From positions 6,634,001-6,698,000 of the forward strand of contig CATNEN010000038.1 in the NCBI GenBank assembly GCA_950097015.1: a stretch of DNA of 64,000 bases. Reading direction: 5' to 3'. Origin of the DNA: Macrostomum hystrix (Eukaryota; Animalia; Platyhelminthes). How positions within the stretch are numbered: the first letter of the stretch is position 1; every line of letters starts with the position of its first letter. This document shows, in pieces, positions 51,712 through 62,100 of this stretch. The notes beneath the pieces are model-generated. The model made no database searches. It was not told the DNA's origin and was given only the letters and a program-made list of their open reading frames with translations. The translations under genes and the position numbers were made by a program.

Positions 51712-52626
51712 GTATAATCTTTCCCACTTATTTCGAGTGCCTTTGCACCCTAGACAGCCGAAATAAGTGGGAAAGATGGTATGTATCCCCCACTTGGCTG
51801 CCGACTTTCATTGCACTTTAAGTCTTCTGTTTCTTGCTACGCTCTGTCTGTAGTCTATGGTGAAAATCAAAATCCGAGAGGAGGGTAGACGCTAAAAAAG
51901 ACAGCCTTTATGCGAAAAAGACAGAACAGGACAGAATAGCAGACGCTTGTATATGTCTAGCCCTCGATTTGAAAGCTTGACTGAGGCCGAGGCGGAGGCC
52001 ATGATTGGCGGCACGGTCCCTCCGAACACCGTAAAGAAATGCGAGTGGATGCTGTCTACTTTCAATGAATGGCACGCGTTTAAGAAGCAAGAATGGGCGA
52101 CGAATGGTGGACCATCCATCATGGTTATCAAGGACATGGATGAGTTTGACAAGACGGACCTGAACTTTCTCCTGAAGTTGTTTATCCTGGAGGTCCGGAC
52201 AAAACGGAACGAACGGTACTCGGCTGGTACCCTGAAGGACTTCTTCTCAATGCTACAATACCAAATGCGCAACGTGCATCGCAAGGACTGGTGCCTCTGG
52301 ACGAATGTCGAGTTTGCCGAGTGCAGAAGAGCGTTGGACGCTGCTATGAAGCTATCAACTGCTGAGGGCAAGGGCGTCGGGCTCAAGAAGTCTGACCCGG
52401 TGTCAAAGCCCATCGAAGATGACTGCTGGACGGAGGGTGTGTTTGGTTCCGAGCGTTCTCGTTTTGCACTTTCTTTGTTTATTTCCCCAGACGTGTGTGA
52501 CTTATGTCTGTGGTAAAAGTTCTGTTTCGCGCGGGGGCGCGGGAAATAAATGACTTATTGCCCTAGGGCAAATAAACGAAACGCGTTACGACATAGACAA
52601 TGTTGGCGGGCAAGTGGGGGATACAT
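51710..52626 (+). mobile_element. YR-element unit 2, carrying a truncated Crypton YR ORF
   Basis: 19-bp perfect IR 51717-51735 / 51759-51777; 16-bp perfect IR ATGTATCCCCCACTTG (51781) / CAAGTGGGGGATACAT (52611-52626) around the ORF. Confidence 0.75.
51953..52516 (+). pseudogene. Crypton YR N-terminal half (ZMYM/QRICH1-like), catalytic domain missing
   Basis: VPPNTVKKCEW...FNEW, LNFLLKLFILEVRTKRNERYSAGTL, FAECRRALDAAMK...GKG...EDDCWTEGVFG; similarity ends at ~52450. Confidence 0.8.
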
Positions 52627-53561
52627 CATTCTCACTCAACACCAAATGTTTTGCCAGATTTTGCCATAGACAAAATATTAATTTAAACATAGACTATATG
52701 TGGGGACTCCGCCTCCACATCCCGCCAGGAGGCTGTGATTATTGACCCCATTGTATTTTTTCCATAGACATTTTTACCGGGCTGTGAAACCGACTGAAAG
52801 CATAGAACTCAGTGCGATTTTACCATAGAAAGCCTCAGCGGGCCGTGAAACGCGTTTCACGCCCGCTAACAACAACACTAACATGGATAGGCTGCTCGAG
52901 CTGAAACGAGGTAAAACGTCGAGGCGCGTAGCGCGTCTGCAGCCTATCAATATTAGTATATTGTTAGCAGTTGCTTAATAATCGTACGCCTTCAGTGCAG
53001 GGCTAAATTTAGTCTTGCCAATATTTGTTGTGTTAACCAGAAAAAGCAACTAAGTTCCATGTCAATGCGCTGTCCCGGATTTCCGCTCTTACGGAACGAC
53101 AACCGCGAACGGAAATCTCAACGGAAAACCCGGCGGGCGGCAATGCCATGTGCGCTTCGCGTACATCAGAAGTCAGATAATGTTGATAGAAAGCTCGAGT
53201 CACAGTCGCGAGTTAAAGCTAGTAATGTATGGCGCATTTTTACTTACGCGCAGCATATTTGGAACTTTGCTATCTGACCCTCAGTAGCGCTTTAGTCAAG
53301 TGACAAAAATAGAAGCAAGATAAACCTAGTGACGCGGTGAACTCACGTACTAATCAAACGTATGAGTCGATAGATAAAAAAATTCGTCGTATCTTTAGGG
53401 AAATTAACTTACGTTTTTGTCTCGAATCAAATTAAAATCGTATTTCAGTCGACGTAAATTTGTTTTATTAAGTTCCATGTTTAATTAATAAATATTGATA
53501 ACATGGAACTAACAGTTAGCTGACTAGAAAGCGATGGTCCATTGCAAATTAAATAAAAACT

Positions 53562-54090
53562 GGATTGAGGACGATTGCTGATGACCTCGAGCAAGTGAAT
53601 TGAAGGACCATAGCTGATGACCTCGAGCTAGTGAATTGAAGGACCATTGCTGATAACCTCGAGCAAGTGAATTGAAGGACCATAGCTGATGATCTCGAGC
53701 AAGTGAATTGAAGGACCATAGCTGATAACCTCGAGCAAGTGAATTGAAGGACCATTGCTGATGACCTCGAGCAAGTGAATTGAAGGACCATTGCTGATGA
53801 CCTCGAGCAAGTGAATTGAAGGACCATTGCTGATGACCTCGAGCAAGTGAGTTGAAGGACCATAGCTGATGACCTCGAGCAAGTGAATTGAAGGACCATA
53901 GCTGATGACCTCGAGCAAGTGAATTGAAGGACCATTGCTGATGACCTCGAGCAAGTGAATTGAAGGACCATTGCTGATGACCTCGAGCAAGTGAATTGAA
54001 GGACCTTTGCTGATGATCTCAAACAGATGAGTTGAAGGACCATAGCTGATGACCTCGAGCAAGTGAATTGAAGGACCATTGCTGATAACC
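53562..54090. repeat. 36-bp minisatellite GGACCATTGCTGATGACCTCGAGCAAGTGAATTGAA
   Basis: About 14 tandem copies with no spacers. Confidence 0.95.
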
Positions 54091-54597
54091 TGAAAGAACA
54101 GATTTAAGTAACATTGCTGATCTCAAACAATTGAATTTAAGGAACATTGCTGACACCCTCAAAGATTTGCATCTTCAATGGCTAACTAAACGATTCTACG
54201 AGTTCTGATGTGTTAAGCTATTGCAAGCCACAAGAGTCACTATATGTGGTTTAGTTGACTGACTTCATTGCTCTGATGTATGCAGTGAGCATTGCGAGTA
54301 AAGCATCAGGTCTATTTTTAGAGCCAATGCAAGCAACAGGCCAGACTGAATGGTCTGGCATCCCACGCACAGCCCGTTGCCACCAGCCCACAGAAAGCGC
54401 ATCTGATGGTGCTTTTTACTGCCATGCCAGCTAATTTGTGACTAAGCTGATTAGTCAGAAGAAATTGCAAAAAATACTGCGATAAGCAATAAGCAATAAG
54501 CAATAAAATAAGCATTTTTTGTTGAAGACAAAAAAATTCACATATTGCTCATTCAAACTCACCACTGATTCACTGATCGTTCTTCAGTCAAAATAAC

Positions 54598-54686
54598 TAA
54601 GAGCGTCGGGAACGATGCTTTGTACAAGAGGTCCCAGCTGGAGCACATGTGCAACATCTTGCGCCGGCGGCAGCTTCAACTGGCAG
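54598..54686 (+). mobile_element. LINE fragment related to the 18255-18980 element
   Basis: AGAGCGTCGGGAACGATGCTTTGTAC...TGCGCCGGCGG...AACTGGC aligns with 18626-18709. Confidence 0.55.
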
Positions 54687-54762
54687 CAAGAGGCGTAACC
54701 AGGGCAGGGGCAAGAGGGGCCGCGGCCCCCCATCAGCTGACAAACCTCTGATAGTGACGCCC

Positions 54763-55108
54763 CTGGAAGTGACGCCCCTGGTAGTGGTGCCCCCCCTGGT
54801 AGTGGTGCCCCCTGGTAGTGGTGCCCCCCTGGTAGTGGCGCCCCCTGGTAGTGGCGCCCCCCTGGTAGTGGCGCCCCCCTGGTAGTGGTGCCCTCCTGGT
54901 AGTGGTGCCCCCTGGTAGTGGCGCCCCCCTGGTAGTGGTGCTTCCCTGGTAGTGGCGCCCCCCTGGTAGTGGCGCCCCCTGGTAGTGGTGCCCCCCTGGT
55001 AGTGGTGCCCCCCTGGTAGTGGTGCCCCCCTGGTAGTGGCACCCCCCTGGTAGTGGTGCCCCCCTGGTAGTGGTGCCCCCCTGGTAGTGGTGCCCCCCTG
55101 GTAGTGGC
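54763..55108. repeat. GC-rich 16-18-bp minisatellite CCCCCCTGGTAGTGGTG
   Basis: About 20 tandem copies. Confidence 0.95.
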
Positions 55109-55791
55109 GGCCAGGAACTTGTTGCTGTCAGGTTTTTTTGTTCACAGACTCAATTTATTTTCATGACTTGACTTTCATTATCTAAACATTAATTTGGTCA
55201 GATTTCATTCCCAATAAAATGCTAGTTCTTTACAGTTTAGTATCAAAATTCACTCAAAACTAACAACAGAACGCGAATTTCAGCTTCGAATTAAATTAGC
55301 ATCTTTTTGGGCCCTATTTAATTCAGCTTCACAAAATTGCAACATCAGCGCCAAATCACCGCGTGGCGTTTCTATTTATAGTCGGGAAACGCGTGGGAGA
55401 AGATTTCTAACAGGTGCCATACATGGCCTACACGCGGACTGCCTGGTAGGCAGTTATAGCTAGCAGTTTGTTTCAGCACACATCTCTTGTTGCTGCATGT
55501 GTATTCTCGGGTTCTGTTTGGCCAGCTCGGCTCTGGTGTGAATCGAAAGAAGCGACCAGCAGCTTCAAAGTGATGATTCAGCAGCACTTGGGCCGGGGTT
55601 ATTTTTAGCGCTGGAAATTCCACAGGTAGAAACCAATTCGGCGTGAATGACAGCGCTCACCGTAGGACTTCCTGTCCTGTATATAAGCGACTGCGCAGAG
55701 AAAAGGCTTTACTGGAAATTCAATTCGGAATTATCATTAGTAAGGAAGACACTTTCTGCGCATGAACAGGAGAGTCAATTGAATATTTGCC

Positions 55792-56388
55792 ATGGAAGCC
55801 ACATTTGTAAAGCGACTGCTGCTGCTGCTGCTGATTTTCTGGGTGGCAGTCTTAGTCAATGGCGAAAACTTCCAACAACTCAAGCTAGAAAGCATCGACG
55901 AAGTACTCCGATTGAAGTCCGTCTGCGGTCACAATGTCAACGTCACGATGTGGATGGGGTCTCAATTTCTAATTGTGCATCGATCAGCGAAAACTCCGGA
56001 CGTCAAGGACCTGATCGCCGAGCTGAATGCAACCCTGAGCAACCGAAAAACACGGTTTAACGTCACCGAGCTCAATAGAGATCTGTCCAGGTACGGCAGC
56101 GACCTGCGCTTGGGAGAGAAAAATGGCACCGAGCGATTTTGCACGCCAAGCTATCGTCTGTTGAACAAAACTGGTGACATCATTCCAAGCTACCTGCTAA
56201 ATGTGACCTGCCCATCGGACTGCCAGCCGGTCCTGCTGTCAGTCCCAGTGTACACGATGGAACGGTCCTGCAATTCGTCCGTTGACTACCGCGTCTACCG
56301 CAGCAGCTTCCTGCGCGTCGCGGTCGACTGCTCGCCGCAGCAGCGCGTGTTCGAATTTAATGCGGCGAAACTGATTGACAAACATTGA
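55792..56388 (+). CDS. Secreted IL-17-like / cystine-knot-like protein, paralogue B (198 aa)
   Basis: Signal peptide; RFCTPSY...IPSYLLNVTC-PSD-CQPV...VYTMERSC...VAVDCSP; TATATAA at 55680; AATAAA at 56571; several N-glycosylation sequons. Confidence 0.85.
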   Translation: MEATFVKRLLLLLLIFWVAVLVNGENFQQLKLESIDEVLRLKSVCGHNVNVTMWMGSQFLIVHRSAKTPDVKDLIAELNATLSNRKTRFNVTELNRDLSRYGSDLRLGEKNGTERFCTPSYRLLNKTGDIIPSYLLNVTCPSDCQPVLLSVPVYTMERSCNSSVDYRVYRSSFLRVAVDCSPQQRVFEFNAAKLIDKH

Positions 56389-58668
56389 AAAATAATTACA
56401 TGAGGAGTCAGCGTTGGTTGTTAGCTGTTTATTGACGTAATACGAGTATAATATATTGATATTCACAGTTCAGTTAATTTTCAATCAATTAAAAAACAAT
56501 TTGCCTGTTCTTAAAGCTTTTTGCTAGTCGTTTTTTGTTTTATAGTAGATGTGTAATGTAAGTTTCAGTTAATAAACAGAACTTTACCATATAAAAAATT
56601 GATTGCCTTATTTATTAATTTTAAAAGCTTTCCTTTAAAAATATTTTTAGAGGCTTGTTGTAGTAAGCAAGAGGAAAAAGTTAATTTTCCTATTTTAGTA
56701 ACGGGTTGTTACGGAGAGACGACTGGCTGTCAGTGGAGGCAGTCAGATGCTGTCTATGGTAAAATGCGTCCGAATTTCCCACTTTTTTCTGTTGGGTTTT
56801 TTTACCGAGAGTTTTTGTCTATGGCCCAATCGTATTTCTTTAAGCCATGAACTTATATAGCTGTCATTTTATGATAAAATGCGCTCAATTTAGGAGCCAT
56901 AGACAGTTTATAGCTTGTGAGTCAGTCAAGATAGCAGTTGAAAGAGGGTCTATTGTTGCAGACATTGCCGAAATGCTTCGAGCGAATGCAATAAGGGTTC
57001 ATACGACTCGGCGGACATTCGAGAATCTTGCTACGGGAGCGCAGTTGCTACGTTGAAGGGGGAGTCCTTCTGCAGGAATGCAAAGTGTTTTGTTGAGGTT
57101 CTTTGTTTCAAAAAGACGATAGTTTTGATTTATTTGAATATAAATCAATTTGAATACTAATCGTTTCTGTTTCTAAACTGTACTTATTCTATTTTTAGAA
57201 TTCTCTAATGGTTGCAAAACCGAGAGCAATCAAATGTCCAGCTTCAGATTTATTCTAGGTTTTAAAGAAGAACATTAAAATGACATAAATAGAACAAAAG
57301 CATGCAGAATGCTATGCTAAGCGTAGATCTATTTTGCTTGCTGGCTTAAATTTAGAATTCTTCAGCCCGTTCGAGGGCTGTCGATTAGGTTTACAAAAAC
57401 ATTTTTTGCTATTTGGAACCAGTTGAAAGGTATTTTTAGCCTTTTTAGTGCAGTAAGAGGTGCCATGAATTGGTCGCGGTCAATGCAAGAATTTAACTTG
57501 CTTCCTTGACTCGTCATGAGCCTCATGGCTTCCTCTTCAGGGACTGTTTCCATTGCGGGCGACCTTCAGAGAGTGATTTAACAAAGATGCTGAGCACTTT
57601 GTCTGTCACGGTCATAGACGGTAGCGAAGCTACCTCGGGCACAACCTGTCCGTCGATGAGGTTTGCCAGCCCGACAGCGTCGCCACGGCTCGTCAAGCTC
57701 CTTCGGTGAATGACCACGGGGTATTTCAAATACCCACTCCCAAACCGAATGACCGATTTTCGTCGAAGTCCATCTCATGGATCAAAATTTCAACTCTTAT
57801 TTTGAAATGAACTTAATTTAACTTAATTTAATAAGGGGACAATGACAACTAATATTGCTCTGCATAAATTTCAATATCGAATCCATATTGGTTCAATAAC
57901 ATAATCGAAAATAATAGCTAACGTGGTTGCACGATGAACTTTTGCAAGCTGAAAAATTATGCCTAAATTGGTGGTTTTTGCCACCGCAGACACCCCAACG
58001 AGAATCGTTGAATATCTCGACAATGTCCGATGCTTTGTGATTCTGGAAGTTATTTTTATCGGATAGTGCAGAAAATTTGGCCCGTGTTCTGATTTTCATG
58101 GCGATTTGTTAAATACGAGTATTTTGGGAGTTGTAGAAAAAATGCCCTGGTCGTTCTATTGTTAATAGAATTGCGGACTCTCTTCTCAACGGGTCTCTTT
58201 TCTACTTTGATCTCAGCCACAGAAAAACTGCTTGCTGGATTAGCAACGCAAAAAATTGCTCGTTCTCAAAAAACCATAGATTGAAAAGCAGCCAACATCC
58301 CTGGGTCTTAAAAATATGATTAGGTCTAACTAGCCCAGAAGCAATGCACAGAGCCAAGCAGCAGTAAGGCCAGGCTAAAAGCATTCGCACGTGTTCTATT
58401 TTCAGCTGGCGCCAAGTGTGTCGGCGGGCAGACTGCGTGGGTAGTGCAGTCCCGAAAAAGGAACTGATTCACGTCGAATTCGGATACTTCCGTGTGGGGC
58501 AGCCTTTTGCCGCACACTCTTTGGCTAATCACAGGAAAGTGAGAATTCCCGCGGAATTAGCGCCCCCTCTGACAGGCTATAAAAGAAGCGGAATTGTTAC
58601 GGCTATAACAGCGTCGAGTGAAAGCTTTGAAAGATTATCATTGGCATCGAGTTCAACGAGACCAAAGC

Positions 58669-59301
58669 ATGAAATTCTTCGCGGCGTTGCTCACGCTGCT
58701 GCTCTGCAGCCTGGCCTTAGCTAGCAGGCAGCTGGTGGCTCCTGCAGTTACTGAGCGAATCTTTTATAACGTTTCGATCGAAGAGGTAGTTTCAGGGTGC
58801 GAGCTGGCTTATAAGCCCGAACAGCCCAAAATTGGATCGACGAAAAACTCAGCGCCACTGTTCTTAGCGGAGAATCAGCAGCCGCAAGATAACCAATCGG
58901 TGGTTGAGGCCCACCACCTGCTGTCCGAGCTGCAGCAAACTGTTCTTCACCACCAGGTCAACTTCGATTTCGAAGCCACGAATGCGTCACTGTTCCACAT
59001 TCGTAACCGGCCGTTGCTGCGCTCCGAAGCCGCTCGAGCCAGGCTGTGCCAGCCCGTCTACAACCTGTGGACCTTCTCAACGTCGCACTCGGTACCGAAT
59101 CACGTTCTGAATGTCACGTGCGGCGACGGCTGCGTCCCGGTGATGCGTAGCATTCCTGTGTACACACAGCTGTGCGTGAATGCGGCTTCAGCTTCGACCG
59201 GAGGCAAGTCGTGGAGCGTTGCCTACAAACTGAGCCAACTGGATGTTGGCGTCGACTGCAAGCCGGCCAAACCGATCTCATTGCTGCATCAATTTCGCTG
59301 A
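58669..59301 (+). CDS. Secreted IL-17-like / cystine-knot-like protein, paralogue C (210 aa from MKFF)
   Basis: The signal peptide begins at ATG 58669; RLCQPVY...VPNHVLNVTC-GDG-CVPV...VYTQLC...VGVDCKP; TATAAAA at 58578. Confidence 0.85.
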   Translation: MKFFAALLTLLLCSLALASRQLVAPAVTERIFYNVSIEEVVSGCELAYKPEQPKIGSTKNSAPLFLAENQQPQDNQSVVEAHHLLSELQQTVLHHQVNFDFEATNASLFHIRNRPLLRSEAARARLCQPVYNLWTFSTSHSVPNHVLNVTCGDGCVPVMRSIPVYTQLCVNAASASTGGKSWSVAYKLSQLDVGVDCKPAKPISLLHQFR

Positions 59302-60229
59302 CTTAATCAGACCTTATTCTCGATTACCGTACCGCTACTTGTTACCTATAAAGCTCGGGAACTTTTTGACCTGCCGGTCAAATCATCTTTGACAAAGTAT
59401 TAGTAGTTTTATCTCTTGTAACTGACCTAATCAGCTTTTTCTCATATCTTCCTTTAGAGGCTTGAGCTCCATCAATTCTTCGTAGAGTACAGTTAAGCGA
59501 TACATATGTGAGATTAGTAACGCTGCACTTGCTTTGCTTTAAAATACACAAAAAATAGGAAACGAGAAAAATATTTTTCTGAAAATTTGATCCGAATGAC
59601 CTCTAAAATGAGTCTTGCTACTTATTTGTCTTAATTCATATCCAATTCGCTCCAATCTCGTTCCGGTGGCTCATTTGATGTCTTAACAACTGTCAATAAC
59701 GAGTGGAAAATACGCCCACGTGTGTTGACTAAAAAAGAATTTACACGGACGTAACTCCGCTGCAGAAACACGGCAGCTGAGGCGACAGTTTACTGACAGA
59801 CAGTATCTTATCCGACAATGCGTGGAGGGTTGTAATGCAAAATCAGTTACGAACTTCATCACTCGTACAGTATTTGTTTATTGTCGAGCTGCGCCCAATA
59901 AAAAAGATACTGAAGCAGAAGCTTTCGGAATAGAAGCTTACAGATCATGCGTGGACACCGCCTCCGTAACATGCCGCGGCTCCGCCATCACAACTCTAAA
60001 TTTAGAACGGCTGTTCTTAAGAACGGAGAGCTGGCCAGCAACCCCATGCAGCAACTCGCCTTGCACGCCAATGGCTTTGTCCGTGGGAGGTGGCAGTTTT
60101 TGCTTGGCTATAAAAAGCCGAAAATGATTAAAAAAGGAAGCAAACAACTCACATGCAACAAAGAGGGCATTCTCTTTAAAACTAGAACAGGAACAAAAAG
60201 CAGTAGCGAACTACTCGCTTGTTGCAGGC

Positions 60230-60793
60230 ATGAATTCTTCAGCGGCATCCATGGCGCTGCTCTGCAGCCTCATGACCATCGCCAGCGCCGCTCCCGGTGC
60301 GGGCCGGATCTTCGAGATTGTCTCGCCAGAGGAAGCTCAGAGACGCTGTCCGGACGAGTTCCCGGCTCTGCTGCGCACCCACAAGGAGATTCGCCAGCCC
60401 GAGTTCCTGCTCGAGAGGACGCCGCTGAGCAACCAGACTCTGCAGCTGGAGCTGTCGCAGCTGCTCTCCAGTCTGCAGCAGGCCATCCTTCTTCAGAAGC
60501 TGACCTTCAACGTCAGCGAGACGAACCTGCGGCTGCCGAGGTCGCTCATCCAAGCCCCCGACGCCCGCTCGAGACGCTGTCCGCCGATCTTCGAGCTGGA
60601 CGCCGACGGTCTGCTCCGACCCAGGTTTCCCAGCTTCGTGCTCACCGCCGCCTGCTCCGAAGGCTGCCGGCCAGTCAGGCGTGACGTCACCATCTACCGG
60701 CTGCTCTGCAACAGCTTGTCGACGTCCGTATTTCACAACTCTGGAGCCAGCATCGCCGTCGACTGCGCTCCAAAGGTAGACGAGTTTTTCTGA
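60230..60793 (+). CDS. Secreted IL-17-like / cystine-knot-like protein, paralogue D (core nearly identical to A)
   Basis: 60263-60766 matches 48727-49230 with two synonymous differences seen; TATAAAA at 60109. Confidence 0.85.
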   Translation: MNSSAASMALLCSLMTIASAAPGAGRIFEIVSPEEAQRRCPDEFPALLRTHKEIRQPEFLLERTPLSNQTLQLELSQLLSSLQQAILLQKLTFNVSETNLRLPRSLIQAPDARSRRCPPIFELDADGLLRPRFPSFVLTAACSEGCRPVRRDVTIYRLLCNSLSTSVFHNSGASIAVDCAPKVDEFF

Positions 60794-61612
60794 CGAGAGA
60801 CTTCGGACTCGCGAATACTATTGATTAGAAGTCTCTATTTAGTACTAGCAGATTTCAACTTTCAATGCATTTCTACTTTCTGCCAGCACATAATAGTCGA
60901 TTGGAATTGTGTCCAATATTGCATAAACTATTGACAGTTCTTATTCTTAACTTTTCATGGCCAGTGTATCTATTTAAACAGTGTTATTTGACTATCTGGT
61001 ATATTTTCTGACTGCCTTATGTAGCTTGTAAATATAAAAGTTTAACCTCATTACGGATTTCCCTTCGAGGCTTTAAGTCCATTCTAGAATAATTTCAACG
61101 CTCAGTTTCGTAAGTAGACACAGAAAGAAAAAATGAAGCATTTTATCACACCTGAATAGCCTCTAAACACTGAATGAGGTACTAATAGAGCTTCCGTTTG
61201 GACCATCGCCAAAGCGTGCACCAATATGCACCTGGCTGAAAATTTGACCAAATTTAGCACCCGAGCTATCTGATAGATAGTCAGACAACTACCAGGTCTG
61301 TGACCCCAACCACAGGCAGGGTTGTTAAATACAAGTTTGTAAAAACTGCGTTGTTTTTGCAAACCTTTACACACATGCCATTGAAAACAGGCATGGCTTT
61401 TTCGCTGCAGCCGAGTTTTATTATCTAGATATGTCGAAAATAAACTGGACATGACTAGAACATTTTCTATCAAATTTCTAGACTTTAAATTCTGGCAACA
61501 GCTTAAAAGTACAGGCCAGGTAAAATCAGTGCGTGTGCTAAGCGCTAAGACCAGCAGAAAAACTGAATAAAGACAGTCTATCACAGTTAGATTATGTGAG
61601 CAGCTTAACAAT

Positions 61613-62100
61613 GCAGCTGGGATCTGGAAGACAGGACGGATTCTAACAGCTGGGATCTGGAAGACAGGACGGATTCTAACAGCTGGGATCTGGAAGACAG
61701 GACGGATTCTACCAGCTGGGATCTGGAAGACAGGACGGATTCTACCAGCTGGGATCTGGAAGACAGGACGGATTCTAACAGCTGGGATCTGGAAGACAGG
61801 ACGGATTCTAACAGCTTGGATCTGGAAGACAGGACGGATTCTACCAGCTGGGATCTGGAAGACAGGACGGATTCTACCAGCTGGGATCTGGAAGACAGGA
61901 CGGATTCTAACAGCTGGGATCTGGAAGACAGGACGGATTCTAACAGCTTGGATCTGGAAGACAGGACGGATTCTACCAGCTGGGATCTGGAAGACAGGAC
62001 GGATTCTACCAGCTGGGATCTGGAAGACAGGACGGATTCTAACAGCTGGGATCTGGAAGACAGGACGGATTCTACCAGCTGGGATCTGGAAGCCAGGACG
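61613..62100. repeat. 30-bp minisatellite CAGCTGGGATCTGGAAGACAGGACGGATTCTA(A/C)-type (unit ~33 bp including linker)
   Basis: About 15 tandem copies; they generate (SRSQLVESVLS)n pseudo-ORFs with an 11-aa period, i.e. a 33-bp unit. Confidence 0.9.

Noticed and set aside
53549-54090. 36-bp repeats resembling a CRISPR array (also the arrays at 27536, 31663 and 61613)
   Set aside because: Units are contiguous with no unique spacers, there are no cas genes, and the context is eukaryotic.
57362-58390. Several short minus-strand ORFs, one with a hydrophobic start, divergent from paralogue C
   Set aside because: Fragmented by stops; the family Cys pattern could not be recovered, so it was not called as another paralogue.
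59947-60684. 245-aa ORF overlapping paralogue D in another frame
   Set aside because: Starts upstream of the TATA box and is low-complexity Arg/Ala-rich; the signal peptide and conserved Cys are in the 60230 frame.
61102-61611. 169-aa minus-strand ORF
   Set aside because: Non-ATG start, AT-rich atypical codons, no motif.
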